The notes below the pieces were generated by a model. That model was given only the letters and a program-made list of their open reading frames with translations, was not told where the DNA came from and did not search any database. A stretch of 63,840 nt of DNA, filler included, from Aduncisulcus paluster (taxonomy: Eukaryota), in the NCBI GenBank assembly GCA_024181965.1. It is 12 parts of 12 records of this genome, joined end to end, with 100 filler letters (N's around TTAATTAATTAA, not from the genome) between each part and the next. Parts side by side here need not be neighbours in the genome. Positions count along the whole stretch, not along the records: positions 9,727 to 12,800 come from BQXS01011373.1; positions 12,901 to 16,044 come from BQXS01011374.1; positions 16,145 to 27,712 come from BQXS01011375.1; 9 more parts are not named here. One strand, 5' to 3'. The translations under genes and the position numbers were made by a program. Each line of letters starts with the position of its first letter. Position 1 is the stretch's first letter. This document shows positions 11,276 through 24,168 of this stretch, one piece after another.

Positions 11276-11786
11276 TCAGATATATATGGAGTTTTCACAG
11301 TATATTATGGCCTAAATTATGATTATAAAAGGCGAAAAAATGATTTTGAGTTCTATTTGGAAATCAAAAAATGTCGTCGGAACCAGAAACAAGAAATCAA
11401 ACATATGTCAGGAATTACAATCTATATGGGAAAGCACTATATATAATAAAATAAATATTGCAAATTATTAAAAGGAAACAACTAAAAATTCTCTGTAATC
11501 TATCTAGAATGACATTTTAACTATTAAAATCACACAGCGGAGTCATTATTGCATATTAGGATAACAAATTAGTTTTATTAAATTTGTATACCAATTTTAA
11601 TTTTGAGATAAGTCTTAAAATCGTGTTATTATTACCAAATGAAGCCACAGAAAATTTCCGTCTCTTTGAACTGAGAAGAAGGTTACTTCATCAAATAAAT
11701 TGATAAAAATAATTATTAATTATATTTTTCTTTCCTATTTTGCGAGAGTCACTCATATACTACTGAAAAATACCTCCCAAGCTTGT

Positions 11787-12800
11787 ATGACGTCTTCTTC
11801 CCGACAATTAATGTATAGTGCCCTTGAGGAGCTCATTACTGTGCTTCCGCCGAGTGCTGCTAGTATATCAACCGAACTTAGAGACACCGTTTCTGAAATA
11901 CATGGAGTTGAGAGAGATGTTGTGAATATTGATGCTGATGTACACGATATTCGCTTTTTACATGCTTCTCCCGTTGCATTATGGGGCACGAAGGATATTA
12001 AAGCGACCTTTTTACAGTCTTCTCGTGGTCATACTCCCGAACAATCGGCCGAATTAGCTGTCGATGCTGTTTTTAGAATATTCAGAACTACTGACCTTTC
12101 TCCATCAATATATCTTGCATGTTTCCGTTGTCTCAACCAACTGGCTCTTTTTTCTGAGGCTGCTATAGTGATTTCAAACCGTCTGATTCCTCCCAGTATC
12201 CATGTTCTCGCGTCTCTTCAGGATTCTGAATGTAGGGCAGAATATCTCTCAATTTTGAGTCAACTTCTTTCAATAGCCTCCCTCCTTCCCAAATATACGT
12301 GTCCAAAGCTTCTTGTTTCCGCCATATCAACTTGTATTAAATTCTCTTTTTCAAAGCGTGATGAAGCTTTAATCAGTACTATTATCTCTACATACCTGTC
12401 ATGTGCCCCGTTTGATGCCAGTGTAACTGTTCTCGCAGCTGCACATGAAATGCTTTTGGCATGTGAACCCAAGCCAATTCCCGAGCCTTCTCCAGGAGCT
12501 AATGATATTCGTAATTATATTTTTGGATGGACGCCCTCTGTTGACTATTTTCCTATGTTTTTAGATGCCGATGATGAATATTGTCTTGTTAGTTCTGTAG
12601 ACGATGATGCCATTCGTGTTCGCGTCAGGGCTTATGCTCTTAAATTAGTATTAAAGGGAATGACTGTCTTTGGAAGAGAAAAAAGGAAGGAAATGGAACA
12701 ACAAAAAGCCCAACTCAAGGAAAAATCTGAGACCAACAGTTCCTCCGAAAAGAAGGAAGATGAATCCGAAAAGAAAGAAGTTGTAGAAAACGTTAAATTG
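11787..12800 (+). CDS. Alpha-helical (ARM/HEAT-like) hypothetical protein (3' truncated)
   Basis: ORF from ATG 11787; Leu/Ala-rich amphipathic pattern. Confidence 0.6.
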
Positions 12801-12900
12801 NNNNNNNNNNNNNNNNNNNNNNNNNNNNNNNNNNNNNNNNNNNNTTAATTAATTAANNNNNNNNNNNNNNNNNNNNNNNNNNNNNNNNNNNNNNNNNNNN

Positions 12901-15900
12901 GACCGACGTTTTCGACCGGAGTGGTCCATTGGTAGAACTTCTGAGAGTTGGCTGACATGGTGAATGTTTGTTTGGTGTCAGTGTCGAGTGTGGTAATGAC
13001 ATGCCAAGCGATAGAAGCGTGGGCACCACCAACATTGGCGCCAATAGAACCAGAGGAAGTGAACAGCTCAACTGTAATGTAAATTGTGATGGCTGTTGAC
13101 ACAGTGTCTCCAATATCGATAATAACAGCATTGTTTGTATTGTCAATGTATCCCATTGTATCAGTAGGGCACTGAGTTCCTTGGAATACGGGATGAGGAT
13201 CAGATCCATCAGAGACACACACTGCAATGGTCTCAGCATCAGTGAGATCAGCATCAATTTCAAGGAGAATCTGAGAGTTAAGAGGAGGACTAATAAGAGA
13301 ACTCTGAAGGAATTTCTGTTCGTCGTATGGGAGATAGACGGAGAGAGTCTGATCTTGCTCAAAGTGAGTGTTTGTTTTAAGTGTCACAGTGTAGATATCT
13401 CCAGAACCAGCGGTAATCGGGAAGATACCAATGTAGTGGCTTCCAGAGGTATAAGCTGGGGAGGAAACAAGATTGGGGAAAGTGTATTCAGTCTTGGAGA
13501 AGGCACTTGAGCTTCCACCAAGCTGGACAGAGTCACAATCGGCCCTGCTTGCATCTCCAATGCCCATTGGTGGGAAGGTCTGACATAATATGACCTTGGA
13601 AGACCCAGCAGTTGTACTTGCAGCAATATCGAGGTACATATCCATTTGAGAGTGAATGTCCCACTTCACGTATTCGGGGTATTCTGAAGTAGTGAGAGAA
13701 ACCTCAAGTTCAACACCGTCAAGGGCTTCTTCATATGTTCCGACGAGAATATCAAAGTTCCAAGCAGCAAGTTGGGCAGTGAAAGCTGAACAATCATTGC
13801 CAGAATTAGCACATTCGACCTTGACGTACACTGGAGAACCATACACATCGACAGAAAAGTCCATAGTGGTCTGATAATCGGTGTATTTGTTGATTTTAGT
13901 GCTATTAAGAGAAGTCGATGAACCAAAGTCGGCGGCAGAATTTACAGAGATGGTGAATGAACCAGTAGGAACTGTAGTACCGATGGAGTCAGTGTCAAGC
14001 ATGACAGAAATGAATCCAGCAGTTTTTTCGAAAGGTCCAGATTCATCAGGAACAAAGACATAAGTAAGAGAGAGAGAGTCTGCGGTCATGAAGCCAGAAG
14101 TACTCTGACCATCGTTCAGAGTGGTCATGTTAGCGTCTTCAACGTAAACAAAGTATGTGGCCAGATCCTGGACCTTGACGGAGATGTAAATTGGAGATAA
14201 ACCCCATCCGCCAGCACCAGGGTAGAAACATACCTCATTGGCAGTTTCGTTCACAGCTCCACTCCATGTGTAACGACCATCAATGGAAGTAGGCAGCTTT
14301 TCGTCCTGAGAAGCATACACATTAGCATCGAAAGTCACGGCAGTAGGTCCTACACGCTGTCTGGCGACGTGGAAGCACACACTGTCACTATCAATGGCCT
14401 CAGGGTAGTACATGAAGTACCAAGTACGACGGTTGGAGGCAGCAGTGAAGAAGGTGCTCTGGCCAGAGGTCAAGGTGAATACAGGTGCGGCGGTGGTCTT
14501 CACGTAGACATCAGCGGAAGCATTGTTGATGGTGGCAACAGAATAGTAAAACTCATCATCATCAACGACATAGGGAGTGATATAAGTCTCAGATTCGATG
14601 GTAGTGGCACCAGTAACAAGGCTGGTTGCAGGCACGTAATTGACCATGTCTGTAGCAGTGATGGAGGAGATATCAGCGTATGTAATATTATTCCAGTCAT
14701 CTTCTTGTGCATATCCAAGAGTAACGGTGGTTGTGTTGTCGAGGGCAGTGGTTCCACCTGGAGAAACTTCAGTACGGATGACAATTCCATAAGTAGGGTG
14801 GTCACCAGCAATGTTGTATGCCTTGTCCATGTCACGGGATGAGAATACGCCACGAAGAGAGGTGTCAGTGCTTCCCAAAGAGATTTTCCTGGCAAGGGCA
14901 GTGGTACTCACAACTTCGCTGTACCAATTGGAAAGAACACTGACGTTGAAGGTCTGGAGCAGGCCATCGCTGTCAATGGGAGCAGGCCAGTAGAAAGTAT
15001 TGTCAGAGGCAGCGAAGAAGGTGAAGTGGAGCGTAGGGTGTTCTTCGACCCAAAAATCTTCGAGGAAGAACATACCATTGGCCATATAAATCTCTGCAGG
15101 ATTGTGGCTGTTATCAGTAGATTTGGAAAGAGGCTCAGGAAGAACGGGATAATTGTCTCCAACGACCATATCAACAGGAATGTCTGGATTCGTAAAGAGG
15201 AGGGTAATAGGTTGGGCGTTAGTAGACATCGTTGATGCATCAAGGGAATAGTATTTGTATGTCTTACTGTAAAGATACATCGAGTTCTGGTTGGCGTCCA
15301 TACCTTGAATCATAACCTTCTCAATCTCATGGGTATAATTGATAGAGGATGGGTAAGTAGCAACTCCTGCAGTTGTAAAAGCAGTAAAAAGATAGAATCC
15401 GGCGTTACTGAAAGTAATAGTAAAGTTGGTGGTATCAACGTAATGAGTAGATGTACTATCACATGTAATAGTGGCAGGCATAGTGGCAGAGTATAACATA
15501 TAAGTGTATGTTAACCCGTCAGATACAGTTACTTGCGTTGTTTGGGTATTATCTGTCAAGAAGATAGCAAAACGTACACCATCAGCTGGTTCTGGTTCTG
15601 TCTGCAATGAATCTTGCAAGAATACGGCTGAAATAATTGTAACTTCCTGAGAATTTGCTGAAACACTTGGAGTCAATGTCAACGTATAATCTCCACCCTC
15701 AGTGTCATAGTAGAAAGGTGTCCACTGATCGACGACGATTGTTTCGTCACTATAAGAGAGTTGAAGCCGACAATAACTATTGGGGACACCAACATAAATG
15801 GTTTCTCCAGCATAACTGGTAAAATTGTATTCTATTGGTACGTTCTCAACATAGTTTAGAGACATTGTACCAAAGAGGGGTAAATCATCAGCTACAACAG

Positions 15901-15949
15901 CAGATACAAAAATACAAAGAACAACAAGAAGAATAACTTGTAATTTCAT
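12901..15949 (-). CDS. Large secreted or cell-surface protein with repeated beta-rich modules (3' truncated)
   Basis: Signal peptide MKLQVILLVVLCIFVSAVVA; Thr/Ser/Tyr-rich, acidic, many N-x-S/T sites; over 1000 aa. Confidence 0.75.
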
Positions 15950-16144
15950 TTGAGTGGTCAGAAAAATAAGACAACAAAAGACTCGTCCGATTGGTGCCAG
16001 TCTTTATGGAAAGAAGAAGAAAAATGTGGCCATTGTTTTTTTGTNNNNNNNNNNNNNNNNNNNNNNNNNNNNNNNNNNNNNNNNNNNNTTAATTAATTAA
16101 NNNNNNNNNNNNNNNNNNNNNNNNNNNNNNNNNNNNNNNNNNNN

Positions 16145-18700
16145 GGTTGTGATGATCCTTCAGAAGCTCCAATAGATGGGGAACCCTTCGAGTAATCCAT
16201 TTTGGCTCCAACTCCCCTCTCTCTTTCCCTTCCTTCAATTTCAGGCTCTGGAGAACGTTTATCCCATTGGTTAGCTTGCCTATTATGGGGAGGATCAGAA
16301 AATTGTGTTGTATGATAAACATCGTATTTGATTGGAAACTCCTTTCTCATCGTGTCAGCAGCAGATGCAGAAGAGGACGGAATCTCACAAATATCGCTAA
16401 CTATCAGAGACCCAACGACTCGTTGAACATTCAATAATTGAGCTAATAATAGAACAAACGACACCGATGGAGCAGAATGGGAGTGGGATAGAGCAGAAAG
16501 ATGAGAATGAAGAGAAGAATAGAGAGAGAGCATTGAAAGCAGCGAAGACACGATTGGAGGGAGTAAGAATCCATCATACTGACCTCCTTGATTATGTGAT
16601 ACATTTGTGCAGATGGATTTGATCGATGGAAGAGGCAATAAAGATCCGGAGAAAGACAATCTAAGAGGTTTGTGAGATATTTCATTGAAAATATCAACAC
16701 ACCTTTGCTTACGTTGTTCTTCTGACGACTGTTGCTGCCATGTATCAAAATCAAACCAGACTTGTTCACTATTTATCACCCACTCGGCCAGTTGGTGAGT
16801 GTTGAGAGTGGCACATTTTGAGAGAGCTGAGAAGAGAGGTCTGAGACTCTGAGGAAGTGTTGATGGGGCTTCTGAAGAGGAGAGAAGGGGAATAAGAGAC
16901 GTGAGTGGGCTCGAACCCACGGATAGGAAACGAGGAAGAGGGGCAGAATGAGGAGGAGATGGAATAGAAGTTGCTGGCATGTGAAAGTCAATAGTTCCTT
17001 TTCTCTCTCTCTTATCTTTTTCACGTTTGACGCTTTCAAGTCTTCTCTTTCTTTCCGCCAACATTCTATTCTCAATATCTTTCCTTCTCAATTCGGCTTC
17101 TCTCTTTTTCTTTTCCTCTTCTTCTTTTCTCTTCTTTTCCTCTTCTTCTTTTCTTCTTCTCTCTTCTTCTTTTTGCTTCTTTTCCTCTTTTTCTTTTCTT
17201 ATTCTTTCTTCTTCTTTCGCAATTCTTATTCTTTCTTCTTCTTTCGCAATTCTTTCTTTTTCCAACCTTATTCTTTCCTTTTCCTCTTCTTCCTCTTTTC
17301 GAATCCTTTCTTTCTCTTTTTCCAATCTTATTTTTTCTTGAACGATTTTTTCTAATCTAATTCTTTCCATCTCCTCTTCCTTTTCCAATCTAATTCTTTC
17401 CTTCTTCTTCTTCTTCTTCTTTTCTTTTTCTTTCTTTCTCTTCTTTCTCTTTTCGAATTCTCTCTTCTTCCTCTTTTCGTCTTCTTTCTTCCTCTTCTTC
17501 TATTCTTCTTTTTTCTTTTAATTCTTCTTCTTTTTTCTTCCTCTTTTCTTCTTCTTCCTCTTCCTCTTTTCGTCGTCTTTCCTCTTCCTCTTTCCGTCTT
17601 CTTTCTTCTTCTTCCTCTTTTCGTCTTCTTTCTTCTTCTGCCTCTTCCTCTTTCCGTCTCTTCTCTTCCTCTTTTCGATGTTTCTTCTCTTCCTCTTCCT
17701 CTTCTTCTCGATGAGTCCGAGAACTAATATCTTTCCTATCTTGCAATAAAGCTTCATACCAATCGACATAATCATCGACCAAACTAAATCCATCAAAGGA
17801 AGTTATTGATTCACTGGCGGAGACACCGGGTCTTTTCGAGGCGGGAGATGAGATAACATGGGTTTTTGGCACCTTTTCGGAGCTAGAGGATAAACGATGT
17901 GACAGAGCTGTGGAAGAAACGAGAAGGGGGACGTTACCGATAAATTCACTTTGCATGAGTTGATCCAGGGTCATACGTTCCTCAGCTGTGGGCACAAGCA
18001 AGCCTTCAAGGATTGAACGAAGACTGGAGGAAATTGTCGATGGAAACTCTGGGCGGCAACGTTGAAGTTTGTTCGTCAGAGCAAATATTGTTCCTGCGAC
18101 ATATGGAGGTCTTCCAACTGCTAATTCATATAATAAACATCCTAAGGACCATAGATCTGAGCGGGTATCAGTTCGATGTGTGGTGAGAACTTCGGGTGCC
18201 ATATACAATGGAGTTCCTTTAATTGAAGTTAAGAAGAGAGTGGCTGGTGATAAAACTCGGGCAAAACCAAAATCAGCAACTTTTATCCTCCGGTTTTCGA
18301 ATACTAAAACATTTGATGGTTTCAAATCACGATGGATCACTCGACGGGCATGAAGATACGACAAGGCTTGAACAAGTTGGTATGCAATCAGACGAATTTC
18401 GCTTTCTTCAATTGTTCTATCATACTTTAAAATTTGACTTAAATCGCCTTGAGCCAATTCTGTCACCACAACAATATCATCAGCTGTTTCAAATGAATCT
18501 AGTTGTCGTACAATAAATGGATGTTGTAATTTTCTAAGAATTAATATCTCTCTTTCAAGTGTTTTTAACTCTTCTTTCGTCTTTCCACTCCTAGATATAT
18601 ATTTTAATGCGACCAATTGTCCTGTATGGTTAAGACGGGCCCGATGGACTTCTCCAAACGATCCTCGGCCAATAACCTGTAATTTTGTATAATATTTCAT
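16145..18700 (-). CDS. STK36: Fused/STK36-like Ser/Thr kinase with long E/K/R coiled coil; frameshift near 17395; 3' truncated
   Basis: IGRGSFGEV, VALKYI, LEREILILRKLQHPFIV, HRDLKPSN, DFGFAR, LTSIKGTPLYMAPE, typical of Fused/TIO. ORFs 17390-18700 and 16145-17388 continue the same ERIRLEK repeat in shifted frames. Confidence 0.8.
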
Positions 18701-18890
18701 CTGATTTGCAAGGAAAACAGCCCAATCTTGAAGTCAATTTTTTATAGCATTATTGAGCGTATATTTGTATCTAATATTTATTGATATTATACTTATTATT
18801 CCATTGGAATCCATATGATCGAAAGTTTCTTGTATTATTGATAATTTTGGGGCGAAGAAAAAAAAGGTCCATCTTGATTCATAGAAAGAA

Positions 18891-20304
18891 ATGGCTGAAG
18901 AAAGTGAGCATAAATTCTGGAAGACGATGCCCGTTCCCCAAACTAGTATGTCATTCTCCTTTATTTATTTCAATGATTTGTTTTTTCTATGATTGTCTGA
19001 CTTATCTCGTTCTTTTTCAAGAGGAGGAAATTTCAAAGCAAAAAGGTGAATTAGTTTCTGGTCTTGAACACAAAGGAATTGTTCCCACTGAACCTTCCCG
19101 CCTTCCTGCTGGTTTTGAATGGTCTGATCTTAACCTTAGCGATCTTCATGGAAAAGACATGACTGATCTCTATGAGTTCCTTAGAGATAATTACGTGAGT
19201 GATGAAGGAAATTTAAGGTTCGATTACTCCCCTGAGACAATCCATTGGGTTTTGTTCGGCCCTGGGTCCAAATCAGAGTATCATATCGCTGTTAGATTGG
19301 CTGATAGCAAGAAAATTGTTGGTTTTATTGGTGCTATTCCTGCTCATATTCGTGTTAACGACAAATCTGTCTTTTTGGTGGAAATCAACTTTTTGTGTGT
19401 CCACATCAGTCTCCGTTCCAAGCGTCTTGCTCCTGTTCTTATCAAGGAAGCTAGAAGAAGGGCTAATGTGAATAGGATTTTCCAAGCTATCTATACTGCC
19501 GGTATCGTCGTCCCAACCCCTATTATTTCCCCTCGTTTCTTCCATAGACTGTTGCAGCCTAAGAAGTGCATTAAGTGTGGTTTTGCTGCTGTGAGCTCTG
19601 ATGACTCCGAGGCTGCCTTTACTCTTCGTCATGAACTTCCTAGAATTTTCGACAATCCTCTTTTTACTGGAACCAAGTATAAAGACCGTTTTGAGGTGAC
19701 TCTATTCATTAAGAAAGATCAACCTGAAGTCCAAGCACTCACTTCTAAGTATTTGAGTCAATTTAAAGTTGCCCCTGACTATAGCAAGAAGGAATTCGCT
19801 CACACATACCTTCCCCGTGATGAAGTCGTCTACACTTACTGTGTTTATGACAATGAGTTCGAAGAAATTCCTAAGGAAGACGCTAAAGAGGAAGGAGAGA
19901 AGGAGATAGAGGAAGAAATTGCCGAAATGCCAGTTACCAAGAAATGCCGTAAGCTTGTTGCCATGTTTTCTTTCTACATCGTTCGCAGCACTGTTTTGAA
20001 ACCCCCTGAGGAAGCCAAGGAGGATCCTTCGTATAATCATATTGCTGTTGCCTATTCCCAATGCATTTGTGTTGATGATAGTGCGTCTGTGATCACGAAG
20101 GAGATTGTCATGACGAAAGCGCTTTACTTGGCCAGAGACAAGGGCTGTGACGTGTTTAATGCACTCACAATGTCTGATCACACGTTGAGGTTCTTCAAAT
20201 ACTTGAACTTTGTTCCTGGAGATGGAATCCTGAACTATTATCTCTTTAATTACTCTGTTGGAGATGAGATCCAACCCAAGGATGTACACGTTATCTTGAT
20301 CTGA
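18891..20304 (+). CDS. NMT: Glycylpeptide N-myristoyltransferase; exons 18891-18945 and 19022-20304
   Basis: HKFWKTMPVP in exon 1; GTATGT..TTCAAG intron with CTGAC at 18997-19001; EINFLCVHISLRSKRLAPVLIKE, DVFNAL, GDGILNYYLFNY. Confidence 0.95.
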
Positions 20305-20360
20305 GGATATTGTTTGGTAATAAATAAAATTGTCGTTTTTTGAATCAAATCCTTCACGTT

Positions 20361-20412
20361 CAGTATAGTACATAGTATAGTACAGTATAGTAATAGTATA
20401 GTACAGTATAGT
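20361..20412. repeat. Imperfect (AGTAT/AGTAC)n microsatellite
   Basis: cagtatagtacatagtatagtacagtatagtaatagtatagtacagtatagt. Confidence 0.8.
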
Positions 20413-20861
20413 CTTCTTGCGTTTCATACACCTTTCACCCGAATTGCCTATCCTTATTGTACTATACAACTAAAGGAGCTTGGTGTGTGTGTGAAAGATT
20501 GTATGTTGTTCCAAGATCTGCTCAAGAATGATACTCACTCACGTATATACACATGTGAAACTCCTCTTATTGTCTTCTGATATTGTATTATGTTGAGGAG
20601 GACAATGAGGGAACGAGAGTGTCTGAGAATAAAGTTAAAAATAGATTTTTATACTGTGACTGGCTTTGTAACAGATATGAGTTTGACCTGTGGAATCCAC
20701 ATTGGGAAGAGAATTACTGACTCCACCAGACGATAGAATGAATCATCATCATTCAAACAATCAATGGAAGATCATGAATACGTCCCTTTGCAAAAATATA
20801 ATAAATAAATAAAATATAAATATACTAAATACAAATAAATAAAATATAAACCATCAGTACA

Positions 20862-23245
20862 TCAGTAATCTACAACCGAACGATGTTTCCCACCCTTGGC
20901 CACAGTCTTGGGAATCATCCACCCAACGTGACTATTGCCCATCATCCTTCCAATGCTTCCACCAATCATCTTTCTCAAATACATCGGAACACCCCAACGT
21001 CTCTTAGATTGGATCAGAGAAAGACTTTTGCCAAAACGAGCAAAAACATGACAAGGAGACGTCGAGGAAATCGAATGGCATGAGGAAGACACGACAATTA
21101 CACCATATTGCACTAAATCAGTACAATCACAGCAGGCCCAGCTAACAATACGATCAGCATCAATAGGGGAGAAAAGAGCACAAAACATGTGGAAATGTCC
21201 AAAGACTCGGAGAGGAGGAGGAGGTGGAGGAGGAATATAACTCTCAGAGAGAGGATGTGCTTGTGTGGAGAATGGACTAGAAACATCGGTGGATGAAGAA
21301 CTAATGATCTGGTCTTTGTCTTTGTCCCTGCGTAGTAGAAGAGGCTGAACTATTGACTCATCATCAGGGGATTCAATACTCTTCCTTGTCTTCGAAGCAT
21401 CGCTAAGGCCCATATCCTTGACACTCTGAGAGGTTGAGACAGAGCGGTCACAGAAAGGAGACAAGAGCAACGTTTTGTCAATAATCTCGTCTTCATCGGT
21501 CATTTCAATTCCCAGGGTCTCTCTTCTCTCTTTCTCTCTCACTTCACTCAAGAGAATAGCTTCTTCACCAGTCTCTGGACCAAATATGCAGTAGGGCCAA
21601 TAATATAATAGATCTTCTCCGGTGCTTATCCGCTCCAAAGCCATCTCAAGGTAGTCAGGAATGTCCGAATATGACTCTGGGGCTTCAATTTCACTTTCAG
21701 AGCCACGAACAGAGGAGGAAGAAGAGGAGGAGGAAGATATCGTCTTATCTGATGGAATATCGACACTGCATGGAGCCAATTCCTCTTCAACGTCACTATT
21801 ATTTGAATCGACAGATGCACGAGATGTTGAACTTCTTGACGACCCCCCCATGGTGATAGACATTTCCTCTTTCTGAGTTTTAACAACCTTCTTCGGTTTC
21901 TCTTTGCTTTTCTTTTTCAATTCCTTATCAACTGTACACACAAACGATGAAGAACTGGGTGGAACTGCGGATTTGATGACAGATGATTTCCTAGAATCTG
22001 AGCCAATGCTCCCTTTCTTCTTATCGGGGATATAAACACCTTCTCCTTCCCAAATTCCTGCATGTGAAGCCACAACTCGTCTACCACCAATAACACCTCT
22101 CCAAGCCACTTTCATGTGATGATAGAAAGATCTGTGTGAAGGTGGCATCGCACGTAAAAGAGCAACACAATCGCCATGTTTGACTCCATATGAGGCAAAA
22201 GTACTCGAGGAAAACTCGGCCAGAGCCCAGAGAAGAGAGAGATTCCCCATAGGAATTATGGGAATATCAGCTTCAGGAGATAATGGTTGAGCTTGGAGTG
22301 AAGGGAAAGAAGAGGAAGTAAGAAGGGAGGAGAAAGAGGGACGTAGCGGTAATGAAGAGCCTCCCAAGTCAAGAACATGGTCATAATCCATTTCACAGTC
22401 AAAACTATCCTCCGAATCATCATCGGAACAACAACATTTGCATAAAAAACATTTCTTCTTGGATTTGGAGCGGAGTTTTGATTTTTTCATCGTATCTTTG
22501 TGCAATTTAGCTAAAATATTGACACTTTGGGTGTCTAATGAGAAACCGCTATCATCTCAACTTCGTCATCTTTTGAGACATCACTGGACCTGCGTTTATC
22601 CGAATCGATGTCAGTGGGATCAGTGTCATCACTTTTGCTCCCATCTTCGGCAAGGGAATCTTCCTCTCCAACCTTCATCATATCAACACTGGTTCTGACG
22701 GAGTCTATTCGACTCGAGGGTGGTCCTACGGTTGTATATGGGCCAGCAATCCAATGAGGCAGATATTTTCCACCGTTTAGATGAGAAATAAACTTCTTAA
22801 GATTGGCTTCAGTGGGATATCGGAAAGTAGTATCCCAAGCAACTTTATATGGGGTTGATTGGTGGTATACCGTTGGAAGCATTTGATTTTCTTCATTGCG
22901 AAATAGTTCTGGAATAGAAATCAGGCCAAGCGCATTGGCCATCATGAAGGTATGATTACCAAGAAGGTGAATATGTGTTTGATGAGGTTCTGATTTTTGA
23001 AAGTTTATAAGATACTCTATGACATCTCTTGTATGGCCTCTATCTTCATAATCACCAAGAAATACAATTGTAATTGAGTCCCAGTGAACGCGCTGTTCAG
23101 AGCAGTGTGAGCGAATACTTTCAATGGCATTGTGAAGCTTTTTCAATTCTCCATGAATGTCTCCAATAAAAAACACATCTTTACAGTCATCTCGCCTGTC
23201 ACAAACAACGTACTTATCAGTTTCAGTCCAGTTTCTTTTTTCCAT
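20862..23245 (-). CDS. RLPH (Rhizobiales-like) PPP-family metallophosphatase with large low-complexity inserts; split into two ORFs near 22557
   Basis: GDIHG, GDYEDRG, QTHIHLLGNH in 22535-23245; STFASYGVKHG..MPPSHRSF, SHAGI, VFGHFH in 20862-22505; order matches plant RLPH2 motifs as recalled. Confidence 0.75.
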
Positions 23246-24168
23246 TAAATAAATACTACAGTTTTTTTAAAATAGTATTTTTAAATAGTAATAAATAATA
23301 ATAAAAAATTTTAGATCATGCCTTTGACCAAAAAATCAAAGAAAAATTTCTCAGAGGGAGTTTCATTAAGTATAACATTATAAATCATTGAAAAGATTTT
23401 ATTTTGCATAATTATAGAAATTTATAAAGATTAGTATTGCTAATATATACTATAACGGGCTCTAGATCTAAACTCTGATATTTGCAAATTCAATTCATAT
23501 CAATAATTATAAATTGGATAAAACACGATTTTAAATTTGTTCTAATAAGTTTTATTATCTTTTATTTTCTCAGTAAGAAGAAAAAAATCAGAACAAATTC
23601 AATTTGCGATGCGCTCGCAAAGCGACAGCAAGCAAAAAGAATGTTCAAAATTCACCATCGTGAAAACACGCTAATTAAACTTAAATGAAAACAATTAATA
23701 ATAATGAAACATACTCATTTTAAGAAAAACTATTTCTTGAAGAAGAGATTTTGGCGACAGAACGGGGAAAAAATTTGTATATGTGAAACAAAAACTGTAT
23801 ATTTACTCAGTAGCTTCGTACTAGCCTTGTACTTTGGTAGGCTCAGGTATTTATAAGGAGAAACAACTCTTAGAGATATTGTTATCAATCCGCGATGAAT
23901 CTCTTAGTATTGGGCAAATCAGGATTGTGTCCAACCGTATTTACTATGCCAGAGGGATACATCATTGGCAAAAGGAGGCATTTGGAAGAATAAATTTAAT
24001 TTTCATCTCCATGGCTCTATTAAGCAAGCAGATAAAAATAATAAATGAATAAGGGTATCATAGGATATTAATTTTAACGTTTTTAGAATATTGAAAAAGT
24101 CGCAGTGCGACATAGTCGCAAAAACAATTCATCCAAAAAATCAACCGTCGATTTCTCCCGAATTAACA

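Noticed and set aside
16948-17355. Phe/Ser-rich plus-strand ORFs and similar antisense ORFs throughout
   Set aside because: Shadows of GAA/AAG-rich coding sequence on the opposite strand.
17388-17395. Euplotes-style stop-triggered +1 frameshifting (AAT TAG here, AAC TAG near 30254)
   Set aside because: Both lie beside GAA/TCT microsatellites, and the ERIRLEK repeat register shows the slip precedes the stop.
21040-21200. HMFCALFSP..CCDC as an extended PHD finger
   Set aside because: Better explained as the C-terminal GH motif region of the phosphatase; Cys/His spacing is incomplete.
23780-24052. 72-aa ORF or small hairpins upstream of the Vps39-like gene
   Set aside because: No ATG start, no recognisable motif, stems short enough to be chance.
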